Shown one piece after another: positions 1 through 11,351 of a stretch of DNA of 35,829 bases. Below the pieces are notes generated by a model, which was not told the origin of the DNA, ran no database searches, and saw only the letters and a list, made by a program, of their open reading frames with translations. Source of the DNA: Paraspadella gotoi (lineage: Eukaryota > Animalia > Chaetognatha); contig JBJCIZ010000694.1 in the NCBI GenBank assembly GCA_051294375.1, positions 1 to 35,829 on the forward strand, in the 5' to 3' direction. Made by a program: the position numbers and the translations under genes. The number at the start of each line of letters is the position of its first letter. Position 1 is the stretch's first letter.

Positions 1-2837
1 TATAACTTTGAAAATAATATAAAATAATTTATAAAACAGATTAAATACTACAGAGTAAACCTTGGGCTTTCTATTGGCGTAAATAGGTATTAGTTTCTTA
101 ATTTTGTTCAGCAGCTATGAATTGTTAAATGTTAAAAAAATTTGAAATAATATTTATTTATTATTTTTATTATTATCTACAAAACATAAGCTTTAATTTG
201 AGACCTCTCCCAAGTTTTTACGATTTTTTGTTATTAAATTATATATAAAAATTAGATAATTTTTGTAAAAAAATATTAATAAATTAGTACTTTGAAACGG
301 ATTATTTCTTAAAAATAAAGATACAAAAATGTAGTTCTACTTATAAAGCCTTAAAACAAATTTCTAAAAAATAAAAAAAATAAAAAATTATAATAAAAAT
401 AAATAAAACAGATTATTAATTTTTTTTAATAAAAAATATATGATATATAATTAAAACTTAAACTCAAATAAATTAAAAATTCATTCGGGAAGTGAGGTAA
501 TGAAGCCTTACCAGTGGCATTGTCACTGTTGAACATCTCGCAAATAATTATTTTTATTTAATATGTTTGAAAGGGAAAATACAAAAATTCAGAATGTGGA
601 TTCCGCCTTGTATGCACTTCAAGTAAAAATGTTTTTAAAAGTTTTGGGCACTTCCATGTCTTGGGGCTTGGGGGTCAAAAGGGCAAATTAAAAAATTCTA
701 CCTTTTAATCAGTAAACGATTACATTCAAAATGGGTAGATTTTAATTTTTTTTTCTTCACTGAAATTTTTATTTAAGAAGAAATAAAAAGAAAGATAAAA
801 ATAAATTCTCTTTTTTTCTATTTAAAAAAAAATTATCAATACAATTTAACACAATGATGTCTTGCTTTGTCAAATATGTCACCAGCTATATAATTTTTAA
901 AAATTTTATTATGATAAACAAGCAGTGTGTCAAGCTTTTTGTTTGCAGTTAAAGATATTGAAAAATGACGATTTTTTTTCCACAGACAAGAAGGTAGACG
1001 TCCAGACTGTTTATATCAAGCTGAAAACATTTTTGTATTTATCATTTTTTATATTTAAAAAAACATTTTATCAAGCTACTACATAAAATTTTCCTTGTTT
1101 TTCACTTTAACTGAAAAATACAAGCAATTTTATGCAGTAGAGAAAATTTAATGGTAATCAAAATGTAATTTAGTCTTTCCTTTTTAAAATTAAGAAAGAA
1201 AAACAACAAATTTCATATAGCTTCAATGAAATTTTTAATGTAAAAAACTTTTATACTTTTAACTCCGATTTAAATAAAGGCTGTGTAAAGATTTATTGAT
1301 AAAATTTGATAAAACTATTTTAGAAAGGTGTCTCATGATTAGGGCTTAAATTTACTACCTCGCCCACATTCCTATCTTTTTTCTTTCAAAAGTTATTCAA
1401 GAAAATAACTTTTTTTACCGTTAGAGAACTAAAGATTTGAACTACGCAGTACAAATCTTTGTTAAATAAAAATTTTGGCAGAGCGGGAGTATCTCAATTT
1501 ATCCTATTGGTACAATACTTAAATTTCAAAATAAAACCTAAAAAAAAATTCTGTCCTCTCGAGACATATGACTATCAGGTGTACCCAATTGTCTTACTCA
1601 TTTATGGATTATGCTGGCAGAAATCAGTGAAACGTTTCCTCATTTTTTTAAATAGTTTGTACTAGCGCATCAGAAATCTAAGAAGAAACTCGAAAATTTT
1701 ATTCTGACAAATTTTGCCTTTCAAGGCTGACGTTTATGACTATATCTCAGAAATAATTGTAGGAATTTAAAAACGGTTTTTTGCAAGTGAATATTGATAT
1801 CATCCTCCAGGGACCGGCATAAAAATATATAAAAAATATATATATGATATTAGCTCTCGGGTGAGGTATCTAACTTATGGTATATTACCGCCGAATTAAC
1901 ACCTTTAGCCCTCTGTTCTGACTTAGTTGAAACTCAAGAAAAACAAGCTATTGCTAAAGAAATAATAAAATATGAAAAAGGAAATTTAACTTTAGGCCGA
2001 CCTGAAATGAAAGCTGTTTCAAGTCAAAGCTGAGATTAAATAGGTTCTAAAAATGTTACCGGTTTTATCGTCCAATCTCAAATTATTAGGATCTAAAATC
2101 ATTTAAAAAAATCTGCCAAACCCTGTAGCGTTAGTCAAACTACAACTTTCAATGATTGGGAGGATAAAGTGGGTAAATATTATAAAATTAAAGATCAGAA
2201 AATGATTTTAACATTTTTTAAAGATAAATTTTTTAAAAAAATAATATTTTTTTATAAATAAGAACAAACAATATTACTATTAAAAGTTAAATATGAGATT
2301 GAATTAAAGCACTCAACTAATATATACCTGCTACATTATTTGAGTTTAAGTTTTAATTATATATCATATATTTTTTATTAAAAAAAATTAATAATTTGTT
2401 TTATTTATTTTTTATTATAATTTTTTATTTTTTTTATTTTTTAGAAATTTGTTTTAAGGCTTTATAAGTAGAACTACATTTTTGTATCTTTATTTTTAGG
2501 AAATAATCAGTTTTACAGTACTAATTTATTAATTTTTTTTTAAAAAAATTATCTAATTTTTATGTATAATTTAATAACAAAAAATCGTAAAAACTTGGGA
2601 GAGGTCTCAAATTAAAGCTTATGTTTTGTAGATAATGATAGATGTATAAACATTCAAATTGTAAGTATGCACACAAAAATAATAAATAAATATTATTTCA
2701 AATTTTTTTAACATTTACCAATTCATAGCTGCCTGAACAAATTAAAACTAATACCTATTTACGCAATAGAAAGCCAAAGTTTACTCTGTGTATTTAGTCT
2801 GTTTTATAAATTATTTTATATTATTTTCAAAGTTATA
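1..2837. repeat. Long inverted repeat: 1-471 versus 2336-2837
   Basis: Near-identical reverse complements, e.g. TTTGAGACCTCTCCCAAGTTTTTACG and CGTAAAAACTTGGGAGAGGTCTCAAA. The right arm has about 37 extra nt near 2636-2675. Confidence 0.9.
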
Positions 2838-3299
2838 AAGGGAAAAAACAAAAAATGTCACTTAAAAATGCCGAGATTCGGTTTTTTAACATCAATAATT
2901 GGAAAAGTAATTTTTTGGATTTTTAAAAATAAAGTATGTAAAATGAAGTATTTTTTCCGCTCTTTAAGTTGACGCTGGTTAATTGATTCCGACTGATATT
3001 TTTAAGATACTATCATTTTAATGAAAAAAACCGTTTTTTTGCAAATTTTGAAAGAGTTGCAAAGCACTTATTGATCGATTTTTCAAAAACAAAGATGGGA
3101 AAAAATTAGTAGCAATTATGGGGACTAATTTGTACTATATAGTGCCTAAATTCTGTAAAAAGTTTTGAAATTTGCTAAGGCCTAATGGATAGATTGAGTT
3201 CAAATTTTTTGCGTGGGTAGAAAAATGTGTAACAATGCTTGATATAAAGTTTCGGTGGAAACGTACGAGTGGAAATGAGTTTAAAATGAAAAAAATATG

Positions 3300-3500
3300 A
3301 GAGAGAGAGAGAGAGAGCAGAAAAATGAGCATAAGGATCGTCGCAATTGCAAAGAGAGAGAGAGGAGAGAGAGAAAGAGAGCAGAAAAATGAGCATAAGG
3401 ATCGTCCGCAATTGCAAGAAAGGAGAAGAGAGAGAGAGCAGAAAAATGAGCATAAGGATCGTTGCAATTGCAAAGAGAGAGAGAGAGAGGAGAGAGAAGA
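3300..3500. repeat. About 60-bp tandem repeat x3 with (GA)n linkers
   Basis: GAGAGCAGAAAAATGAGCATAAGGATCGT...CAATTGCAA occurs three times; single units occur near 4515 and 31340. Confidence 0.85.
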
Positions 3501-5840
3501 AAGATAAGAAAGTAAAAGAAAGATGCATGTTTCCGAGATAAAAAGTTAGCGAATAAAAAAGTTTGCTTATTTTTATTCTAAACATGAAAATAAAAATACT
3601 TAAAATATCTTACAAAAATAACAATAAAATTTATTATTCTCGATAACATTTATTTAATCACATTGCAACTATATCTAGTAAGGCGGGCCAAAATTGAACA
3701 CTTTTTATAACTTCTAGTTCTTTCAAAAAAATTTCTTTTTTCCTTCTACTACTAAATCGATTTTCAATGTAACTTTTTGAATTAGTTCATTGGGTTTGTT
3801 GCACTGAAGCTTTTAAATATTTATTAATATATAACAAATAACCAAAAAAAATTTAAAAATATGATTTTTTTAAGAACGGGTTCTTGTAGAGCTTAAAAAG
3901 TTAAATGAAGTTAGTACTATAATTTTTCAAATTTTGACAATAAATTGGTTAAAAATAGAAAAAACCTTAAAAATCCATCATCATCATCATTATTGGCTGA
4001 ATTTTATTTTTTTTAATTTTTCATTAATAAAACAAAAAAAATTTTAAAAAGTTGTATTAATAACCTTTATCTAACTTTTAAAGCTCTATCAGAATCTATA
4101 AAAAAAATTGATAAGTAAAATTTAAAAAATTATTTTCATTTTCATATTATTTAATAGTCGCTTAACCTATTTATTTGAAAGAACTTCTAGTTTTCAACCT
4201 GTTCCGGCCTAATATCTAGTAAGTTTATAACTTCTAGTTCTCTTTTAAAAATTTTTTTTTCCTTTTACTACTAAATCGATTTTCATGTAACTTTTTGAAT
4301 TAGTTCTTTGGGGTTTACACTGAAGCTTTTAAATATTTATTAATATATATAATTATATAAAGTTTTGACGGAATTGTCCAGTGGAAATTAGTTTAGATGG
4401 AAAAAACATAAGTCACATTTACTTGAATCTTTAATATTAATGATTACTAATAAATGTTTTAATTAATTAATTAATTAATGTGAAAAAATGATGCAAGTTA
4501 AAAAATCTTAAAAGCATAAAGATCGTCGCAATTGCATAAAAAGAGAGAGAGAGAGAGTGAGAGAGAGAGAGAGAAGGAGACATAAAATAAAATAGAGATA
4601 TTTGTTTGTTTTGATAAAAATGTAAACAAAATATATTTAATAACTGTCCTAACCCAATTTTAAGGGACATTGATGATGATAAGTTTAAATATAAATTAAA
4701 ATTAATTATTACATATTAAAATTAATTAATTATTTCATTAATTAATTAATATATATAATTAATTAATTAAATAATTAATTAATTAATTATCGTAGGCAGA
4801 TCCGACATTGTTGCTCAAACTTGTTTAAAATGCTCTTTATGGACTTTCCGCGCCACTTTTTGCGCAAACCACTTCCGGTTGAAAAAAGATACGGATTTTT
4901 AAAAGAAGCAAGCAGTTTTTCAGCCAGCACACTTAGTAATTAATCAAAATACAGCTACTAATAATCCTAATACTGAAGACGCTGTCGGATCAGCGACATA
5001 GAGAAAAGATTTCGCCTCAACGCTCATTGGCGGATCAAGCGAAAACTAACGAATCAGAGATCGACAAGAAATAGCACAGACTAAAAGAGTTTACATTTTA
5101 TGAAAATTGAAACGTTTTTGATGATTACTTGTAAAATACTTAATGTACAATTACGATCATTGTATTATTAGAATCTACAAAATTGTACCTTTAATTCGAT
5201 ATGTATTTTCACAATGTTTATTGCATTTATCTATTCATAAACATTCTATTTGTATGTATAAAATAGCAAACGGATCCGGTGTTAGGGTGAAATTATCAAG
5301 TGCTTTCGATCAGGTCCGATCGCGATATACATAAACATTGTATTTTGTCAATTGTCGCTGGTTATTATTTTCTGATAATAAACTTTACGTCTACATTAAA
5401 AAGTGCCCCTTTAATACCTAATTATTTGGTTTTGCTTCACAAATTACATTTTGTATGTCAAAGGATAACAATTAGAAAACGCTTTATATTATAAAATGCT
5501 TGGTTTTGACAAAATTAGTGATAAAATTTTATTTTCGAAGACCAAGGTTTGGCGTTTTTAAAAACATGTTGCCTTTAAACCTTCAGTTGATATTGTCTTT
5601 AAGATTCGCTTTATACTGCTTTTTATGCAATTTTTTTTCATTTTAAAAAATTATTTATATAATTTTATAAGATTTGGTTGAGGTTAATAATAATGGTTAG
5701 TTTTTATATTTTGACGCATAATTTTCATATAATGCTTATTAGGTACACATATTTTGAAAACCCTCGTAAGTCGCAACAAAGAATTAAGTCAAATTAATTA
5801 GGCATCGTGAATTTCCTTTCGTTTCGTTGTGTTTGAAATA

Positions 5841-5915
5841 ATAGAAGAAGTTTGAATTTGCTTTCAACAACGTATCAATAAATCGTTGTTGAAAGCAAAT
5901 TCAAACTTCTTCTAT
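5841..5915. other. Perfect 32-bp hairpin with 11-nt loop
   Basis: 5841-5872 is the exact reverse complement of 5884-5915. Confidence 0.9.
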
Positions 5916-6700
5916 AGTCTAATTAATTAAATTTTATATTAACTACTTGAAGTATTAATAACAAAGGCAAAAGAGGTTCTTGGTTTCAACAACGTATTAC
6001 AAATATTCAGAACATTAATAAACGGACAATATAATACTATATACGATACAATATTCTACGATATACTGATAAAAATACTTTTGATGTTGATTAAAAAGAG
6101 ATAAAATGTGGTTTTAGTTCTTGGCTTGAAATTCAAATGAGAGAAACTTTACAATGTAAGGAGAAAAAAAGGTCAGCCACCGACGACGACTGAGGCGTCA
6201 CTGTAGTTCGGTGAAAGGAATATATTTATTTTTTGCTCAGACTTTTCATTCTGTCGGTAGTAGTACCTTTAAACTGTCTGTTATTGACCTCGCTACATGA
6301 ATTTGTCGTCTGAGAATTCGTCTGGATCTCAGGTCTGCTGTGAGACGTTGCCATCTTTATTGGGCCTCAGCACCGGTGGCCTTGTTTCCTCGGCGCTATA
6401 TCTACGTAACCAAGAGTTTTAGTGCCAAGTTAGCGTGAGAATTAGGGGTCTAGGAAGCATCGCTGCAAAATAATCATTTATCGCGATGTCCGCCCGCAAT
6501 TTTTGGCGACATTGCGATACAAATTATATAAACTATTTATTAAAAAATAATAGCCTCCTTGCCATTGAGTTTGGACCTGCTATGGTGAGTTAAAGCATCC
6601 ATCCCTCTTTCATCATTTTTTTTAAATTTATTTTTATTTCTTCAAATGTTATTTTGTATTTTGCACTTTATTTTCAATCAAAATATTTGATTGTTTATTC

Positions 6701-6962
6701 GGCCCTTGCATAAGTTCATCCCGCTTATAAGCATGTCTAAACCAGGTGGCTCATTGAGTAAAGCCATCAGCTCATGACCACTAAGTACCGGGTTCAATCC
6801 CAAACCGATACCGACCCTGTGGGAAGCGTGAGGACAGCCGTAAACCACCTTTGGGGCGTGGAAACCCCTCAAGCCTGGTTCCAAGCCCAGTACCCGTTCC
6901 ATGGCATGGTTGCTGACGGGGCAAAGAAGTTACGGGTAGTAGTTTTCAGCCCACTTAGCGCC
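6701..6962 (+). mobile_element. 262-bp tRNA(Met-like)-head + degenerate twister element (family C)
   Basis: A-box-like TGGCTCATTGAG, CTCATGA loop, B-box GGTTCAATCC. Twister remnants at 6819-6897: GA-GGA, TAA, P3, P4 CTGG/CCAG, L4 TTCCAAGC. TTATTC lies on both flanks (6695-6700, 6963-6968). Confidence 0.65.
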
Positions 6963-7013
6963 TTATTCATAATTTTTTTTATTATTGTCATTAACTAATA
7001 AAAAATATTAAAC

Positions 7014-7270
7014 TGTGGCAGCAAGACTTAAAGCTGCCTCACTGCTGTCCGTCCTCAGCCTCATCTCAATGGCTGAGCAGGCTAAATCATCTCATTCCAT
7101 CCGTGCGTCCCGGGTTCAATCCCTGGGTATCCCGGTTCTGGCTTAAATGTGACGGTGCCGGTATAAACATGCCAGTGACAGGAGGCGGTCACTGAGGGTC
7201 CGCAGCCCCTACGCCAGTTGGTGAGATACCCCGCGCCCCGGGTATCACAGGCTATCCTCCCGTTGCCATA
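7014..7270 (+). mobile_element. 257-bp tRNA-head + twister element (family A) with 4-bp TSD
   Basis: Starts TGTGGCAGC, ends GTTGCCATA, and AAAC is duplicated at 7010-7013 and 7271-7274. 5' hairpin GGCAGC/GCTGCC, A-box-like TGGCTGAGCAGG (7070-7081), B-box GGTTCAATCC (7113-7122), 3' hairpin GTGAGATACCC/GGGTATCAC. Confidence 0.85.
7138..7217 (+). ncRNA. Type-P5 (circularly permuted) twister ribozyme
   Basis: P5 CTGGC/GCCAG; P2 ATGT/ACAT; GA at 7151-52; T1 CGG/CCG; short P1; UAA at 7164-66; T2 GC/GC; P3 CAGTGAC/GTCACTG; P4 AGGG/CCCT. L4 is TCCGCAGC, with one conserved A replaced by C. Confidence 0.85.
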
Positions 7271-7981
7271 AAACACATATTTATAAAAATATAACAGAAA
7301 AAATATTATTAATTTAAAAGAATAGTATTTGGAAAATCTTTCAAAAATACAATTATTTTCTTTTTTTTTTTTTGAGGCAATATTGATAAAAATTTTAATA
7401 TTTTTAAAAATTTACATATAAATATAATTTATAAAAAGTAAAATAATCATTCAGCTATGTATAATTACTATAATTAACCATAAAATAAATAATTTTAGTC
7501 TAAAATTTTTTTATTCCTAAAAACAAGTTATTTTTTAACCGGAAGTGGTACGCCAAATAAAGTGGCGTGGAAAGTCCATAAATCTCTACCTGAGAAATTT
7601 TTCATTGTGATATTCGTTTTTTTCATTGAAATTGGAATGAGAAACTTTGCAAGAACCAACAACTTTTCTAAAGTGGGATATTTTTGGGAGCCCTAATATT
7701 AATATAATATAATATAATATAATTTCTATAAATGAAAAGCAAGTCAGAATACACTAGCTCGCTCACGGCGTAACGGTAAAATCCTCAATAAAGACCTTTA
7801 TGGATTTTCTTTGTTCCGGTGGCGTTGGATAGCCCAAACACTGCAGTTTCAGAAATCATCCATGGTTTTTGTAATATTTACTGCGCTACTGGTGCAAAAA
7901 TTGCTAAGAACCAAAATTATCAGAAACCGCTTCATTCTTTCTGATTTTTTTTTAAGCGCGGAGCGACATATCTGTTCTCAG

Positions 7982-8102
7982 GTTCTCGGCTTCGAAGTTG
8001 ACTTCATCAACTCTGTCCAGTTTTCGAACCACACCGGCTACGGGACCTTCAAGGGCCAAATTCTGGGCGCTGATCAACTTGGCGAGCTTTACGAAGGATT
8101 AG
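7982..8102 (+). CDS. PDXK: Pyridoxal kinase internal exon ([40 protein letters not shown])
   Basis: Diagnostic [11 protein letters not shown] motif of pyridoxal kinases. Acceptor ttctcAG ends at 7981 and donor GTttga starts at 8103. 121 nt, phase 0 to 1. Confidence 0.95.
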
Positions 8103-9650
8103 GTTTGACGTGAGCAGCAGTTTTCCTTGTTATTTTTATTACCTAAAAATTAAATTTGATTGCAATGGTTTTTTCCAAGTTGGCGTAAAATAGAGATGCG
8201 CATCGTTCAAATCGAAGTTACGATCAAGATTCCTTAATAGTTCACTTCTATTCAAAACTGCATAGACAAGGCCTCAACAAATTATATCAATATGGGCAGA
8301 TTTTGAAAGTGTGGCGTCTTGGGAAGCCAACGGAGGTAGAGCGCGATCGAAATTCCCATTTTATCATGCCCAAAAATGGTATTTAAATGGACTGGTCAGG
8401 CCGTTTTTTCCCTTTTCCCAAAAAACCTGCTAGATCTTTTGTAAAATAGAACAAATCATATCAGTATGGTTTCGGATAGCTTATTGTCTTCTCTCCAAGA
8501 TAATTAAAAGAAAAGTTTAAATTCTTTCAACCTTGAATGCTTGATAAAGCAATCAAATGAACTTGTTTTTTAAGTGAAAACTGCATCGTCAAGCCTTCAT
8601 TTTTTTTCTAAAACCATCGAAACAAACTATTGATTTTACTGTTTTAGGTAGAGCGTGGGGATAAATTTAGCCTAATTATATAAAATTTTATGCAAATACG
8701 AATGAAGTCCGTTTATCGCACGGAAAAACCGTTTTTAAGTGCAATCCGGGCCGTATTTAAAACTGGTTATAGAGGTTATCTAAGGAGGACTTCGATCGAA
8801 AAAAAGGATTGATCATGCGCGATCCGGGCCAGATAAAAAAAAATTAAAATTTACCCTACGTTTAAAGTTTTGGAACGGTTCGCGGTCTGTTTTTAGGCAA
8901 TGCCCGACTACAGATATTCATTAAACCAGGGTTAAATTTTTCATAATGATACAATCAATATCATTTAATTATAGTTTTTTTTTTCCTATTATAGTTACAA
9001 ATAAATAAATCATGGTATTTATCGAGATTAATACGTTTTAAAGGTCTATGGGAAAATGAAACAGTTCGCGGTCAGTTTTTGATGGATTTATAGTTAAATT
9101 TAATAATACTAAGCTTTTCCAGGGCATATTGGACATGGAAGAGCAAGTTGAAAAAAAAGTATGCAAGTTAAAAAGTATGCATACTAGAGCGTAGTGAAAG
9201 TTAAGTACAGAAATTCTAAAAGTCAATTATGAACAACATACCATCAGTGAACATTAATTTATAAAAAAATATAATTTTATGTTTTTTAATTTTCGCAGTA
9301 GGCTATATTTATATTTAGTATACTATCCTTATAAAATCGAAAAATATCAAAATAGGCTCTTTTTAATTTTGATTGCAGATTTAAATTCCTCGTCAAAAGT
9401 TGATAAAATAAAATATAAATCATTTTTAAAAATTCTTTCATTAAGTGGGTTTAATATATAAAAAGTTAATTTTAAGCTTAAAATATAGCTTTTTCTAATT
9501 TTTGACCCACTTAATGAAGGAATTTTTCAAAAAGAGTTATATTTCTTTTTATCAACTTTTTATGACATCCAAATCTGCAAAAAAAATTTAGAAAAAACTA
9601 TGGAAATTTTAACATTTATTGGATTAGTACTAGTATAATGCATGCTTTTT

Positions 9651-9914
9651 TCCAACTTGCATACTTTGTTCCAACTTGTATACTTTGTTCCAACTTGCAT
9701 ACTTTGTTCCACCTTGCATACTTTGTTCCAACTTGCATACTTTGTTCCAACTTGCATACTTTGTTCCAACTTGCATACTTTGTTCCAACTTGCATACTTT
9801 GTTCCAACTTGCATACTTTGTTCCAACTTGCATACTTTGTTCCAACTTGCATACTTTGTTCCAACTTGCATACTTTGTTCCAACTTGCATACTTTGTTCC
9901 AACTTGCATACTTT
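9651..9914. repeat. 19-bp minisatellite (TCCAACTTGCATACTTTGT) x about 14
   Basis: Head-to-tail near-perfect units with no spacers. Confidence 0.97.
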
Positions 9915-10248
9915 TTAGATGATTACTGCTAAATTATCGTAGGCAGATATGACATTTTAAGTTAAGTACTACGCGTAGTTCAAATTCTTATTGGATCAAA
10001 ACTAGTTCGATTTTAACCGAAAGTTGATCGGTTCGAAGAGCGATTTTTTGCCATAACTTTTGAACGGATTATCCGATTTTGATGAAATTTTGCATGGAGA
10101 TAATATTTTTCATTTCCTCTCGATCGATACCATATTCATTAAAAAATACTAAATAGTTTAGAAACGATGCCTATCCCCACGTAAAAGTACAAACGTTTGT
10201 CAAACGTACGTATCTTCGATAAAAATAAAGAATTGATTTCAATTTCAG

Positions 10249-10331
10249 TTGCCAACGATTTACATCGCGATTACACTCATATCCTCACCGGTTACATTGG
10301 CTCCACGTCTTTTCTTGAGAAAGTCGTCGAG
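10249..10331 (+). CDS. PDXK: Pyridoxal kinase exon (VANDLHRDYTHILTGYIGSTSFLEKVVE)
   Basis: Y-x-x-(I/V)LTGY motif. tttcAG acceptor, GTagaa donor. 83 nt, joins the previous exon in frame (G+TT = Val). Confidence 0.93.
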
Positions 10332-10579
10332 GTAGAAATTAGCTATCAATTTATTTATCATTTAATTTATTTACCATTTATTTACTATAGTTATTGAGCA
10401 TTTATTAACTTTTATTAACTTTTTCTCTTAGTTTTAAGAAGGTGATGATAACTCATAATGGATGAGATTTTTCCATATTTTTATCGACGCAATCGCTTGC
10501 GCTTGCGACAATTTTGTTACGATGGTCCTCATGAAGCTTTTAAAAGGCGTCGTCGTCAGTGTCGTTCCAAATAATAGAT

Positions 10580-10800
10580 TATGGCAAAAGCCGGGTTGCC
10601 TGTGATGCCCATTGGGATGGGTCATCTCACTGTTGGCTTTGGGGGCTTCCGACCCTAAGTGCCGCCTCCAGTCACTGGCGCGGTTACTCTAGGACGGTAT
10701 CGATTTGCCAACGCAGAGGGAAGTCGTTAGGACTGTGGATGGAACACAACGCCTGGGATGGTGTGTTCCCCCTCTGAGGCGGTGTGAATATACCGCCACA
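10580..10800 (-). mobile_element. 221-bp twister element related to family A, with 4-bp TSD
   Basis: The minus strand starts TGTGGCGG and ends TTGCCATA. AGAT is duplicated at 10576-79 and 10801-04, and an empty-site-like sequence ATAGATCGCCTTTTT occurs near 26704. The 3' half aligns with 7171-7270. Confidence 0.85.
10632..10712 (-). ncRNA. Degenerate type-P5 twister ribozyme
   Basis: P5 GTTGGC/GCCAAC; T1 CCG/CGG; UAA; T2 GC; P3 CAGTGAC..GGCACTT; P4 AGGG/CCCC; L4 TCGGAAGC. P2 has mismatches and the catalytic G position reads T. Confidence 0.7.
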
Positions 10801-11001
10801 AGATCGCCTTTTTATCTCGCCAGACGGGCTAATGCTTAAGCCGTCTTGGCCGTGATAATCGTCGTCGTCGCTTTTTTTACAATAGGAAAAGTGTATATTT
10901 GTAGGAAGCTAAAAATTTAGATATTGCTCGTCATCATCAAGATCTTTAAAAATCACACGTTTCATATGGATTTATGGTATAATGGCAACTAATAATGGTA
11001 C

Positions 11002-11043
11002 TATGGTGGACTAAAATCCACCAACCGTTCAGCGGCCATTGGT
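11002..11043 (+). mobile_element. Family B 5' fragment truncated by another repeat
   Basis: TATGGTGGACTAAAATCCACCAACCGTTCAGCGGCCATTGGT runs directly into the GGTTCCGC-TACAAA repeat end. Confidence 0.7.
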
Positions 11044-11351
11044 GGTTCCGCTTACAAACGGCGAATTTAGCACAAAAAAAAACTTTTTCCAATATTGTTC
11101 AGTCGTTACTTATAATATTAATTTAATTTGTACCGCAATACAAATCGGGCCGAACTAAGGATTGGTTAAAATCATCTCCACCTGCTTCTAATGATAAATT
11201 CTATATTTAGGAAAAAAAATCATGTCCATTTTCGTCCATTTTCACTTTCGTCTTCTGATTTGAATTCCAAGGAAAGTTGAGAAAATCTTTTTTCTTTGGA
11301 AATCCGTTCTTCCTTATCTTCTTTACCTCTGGGTTAATTTTTTACATATAT

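Noticed and set aside
5300-5494. VLSIRSD as PDXK exon 1 (VLSIQSH)
   Set aside because: Similarity stops after six residues; there is no GYVGN...FPLQ motif or matching donor.
9560-9932. Six overlapping ORFs, or a CRISPR-like array
   Set aside because: A stop-free 19-bp tandem repeat opens all frames. There are no unique spacers, and the context is eukaryotic.
10655-10680. HDV-like ribozyme suggested by the GCCTCC loop on the + strand
   Set aside because: No nested P1/P2 could be built; it is the antisense of the twister P3 loop.
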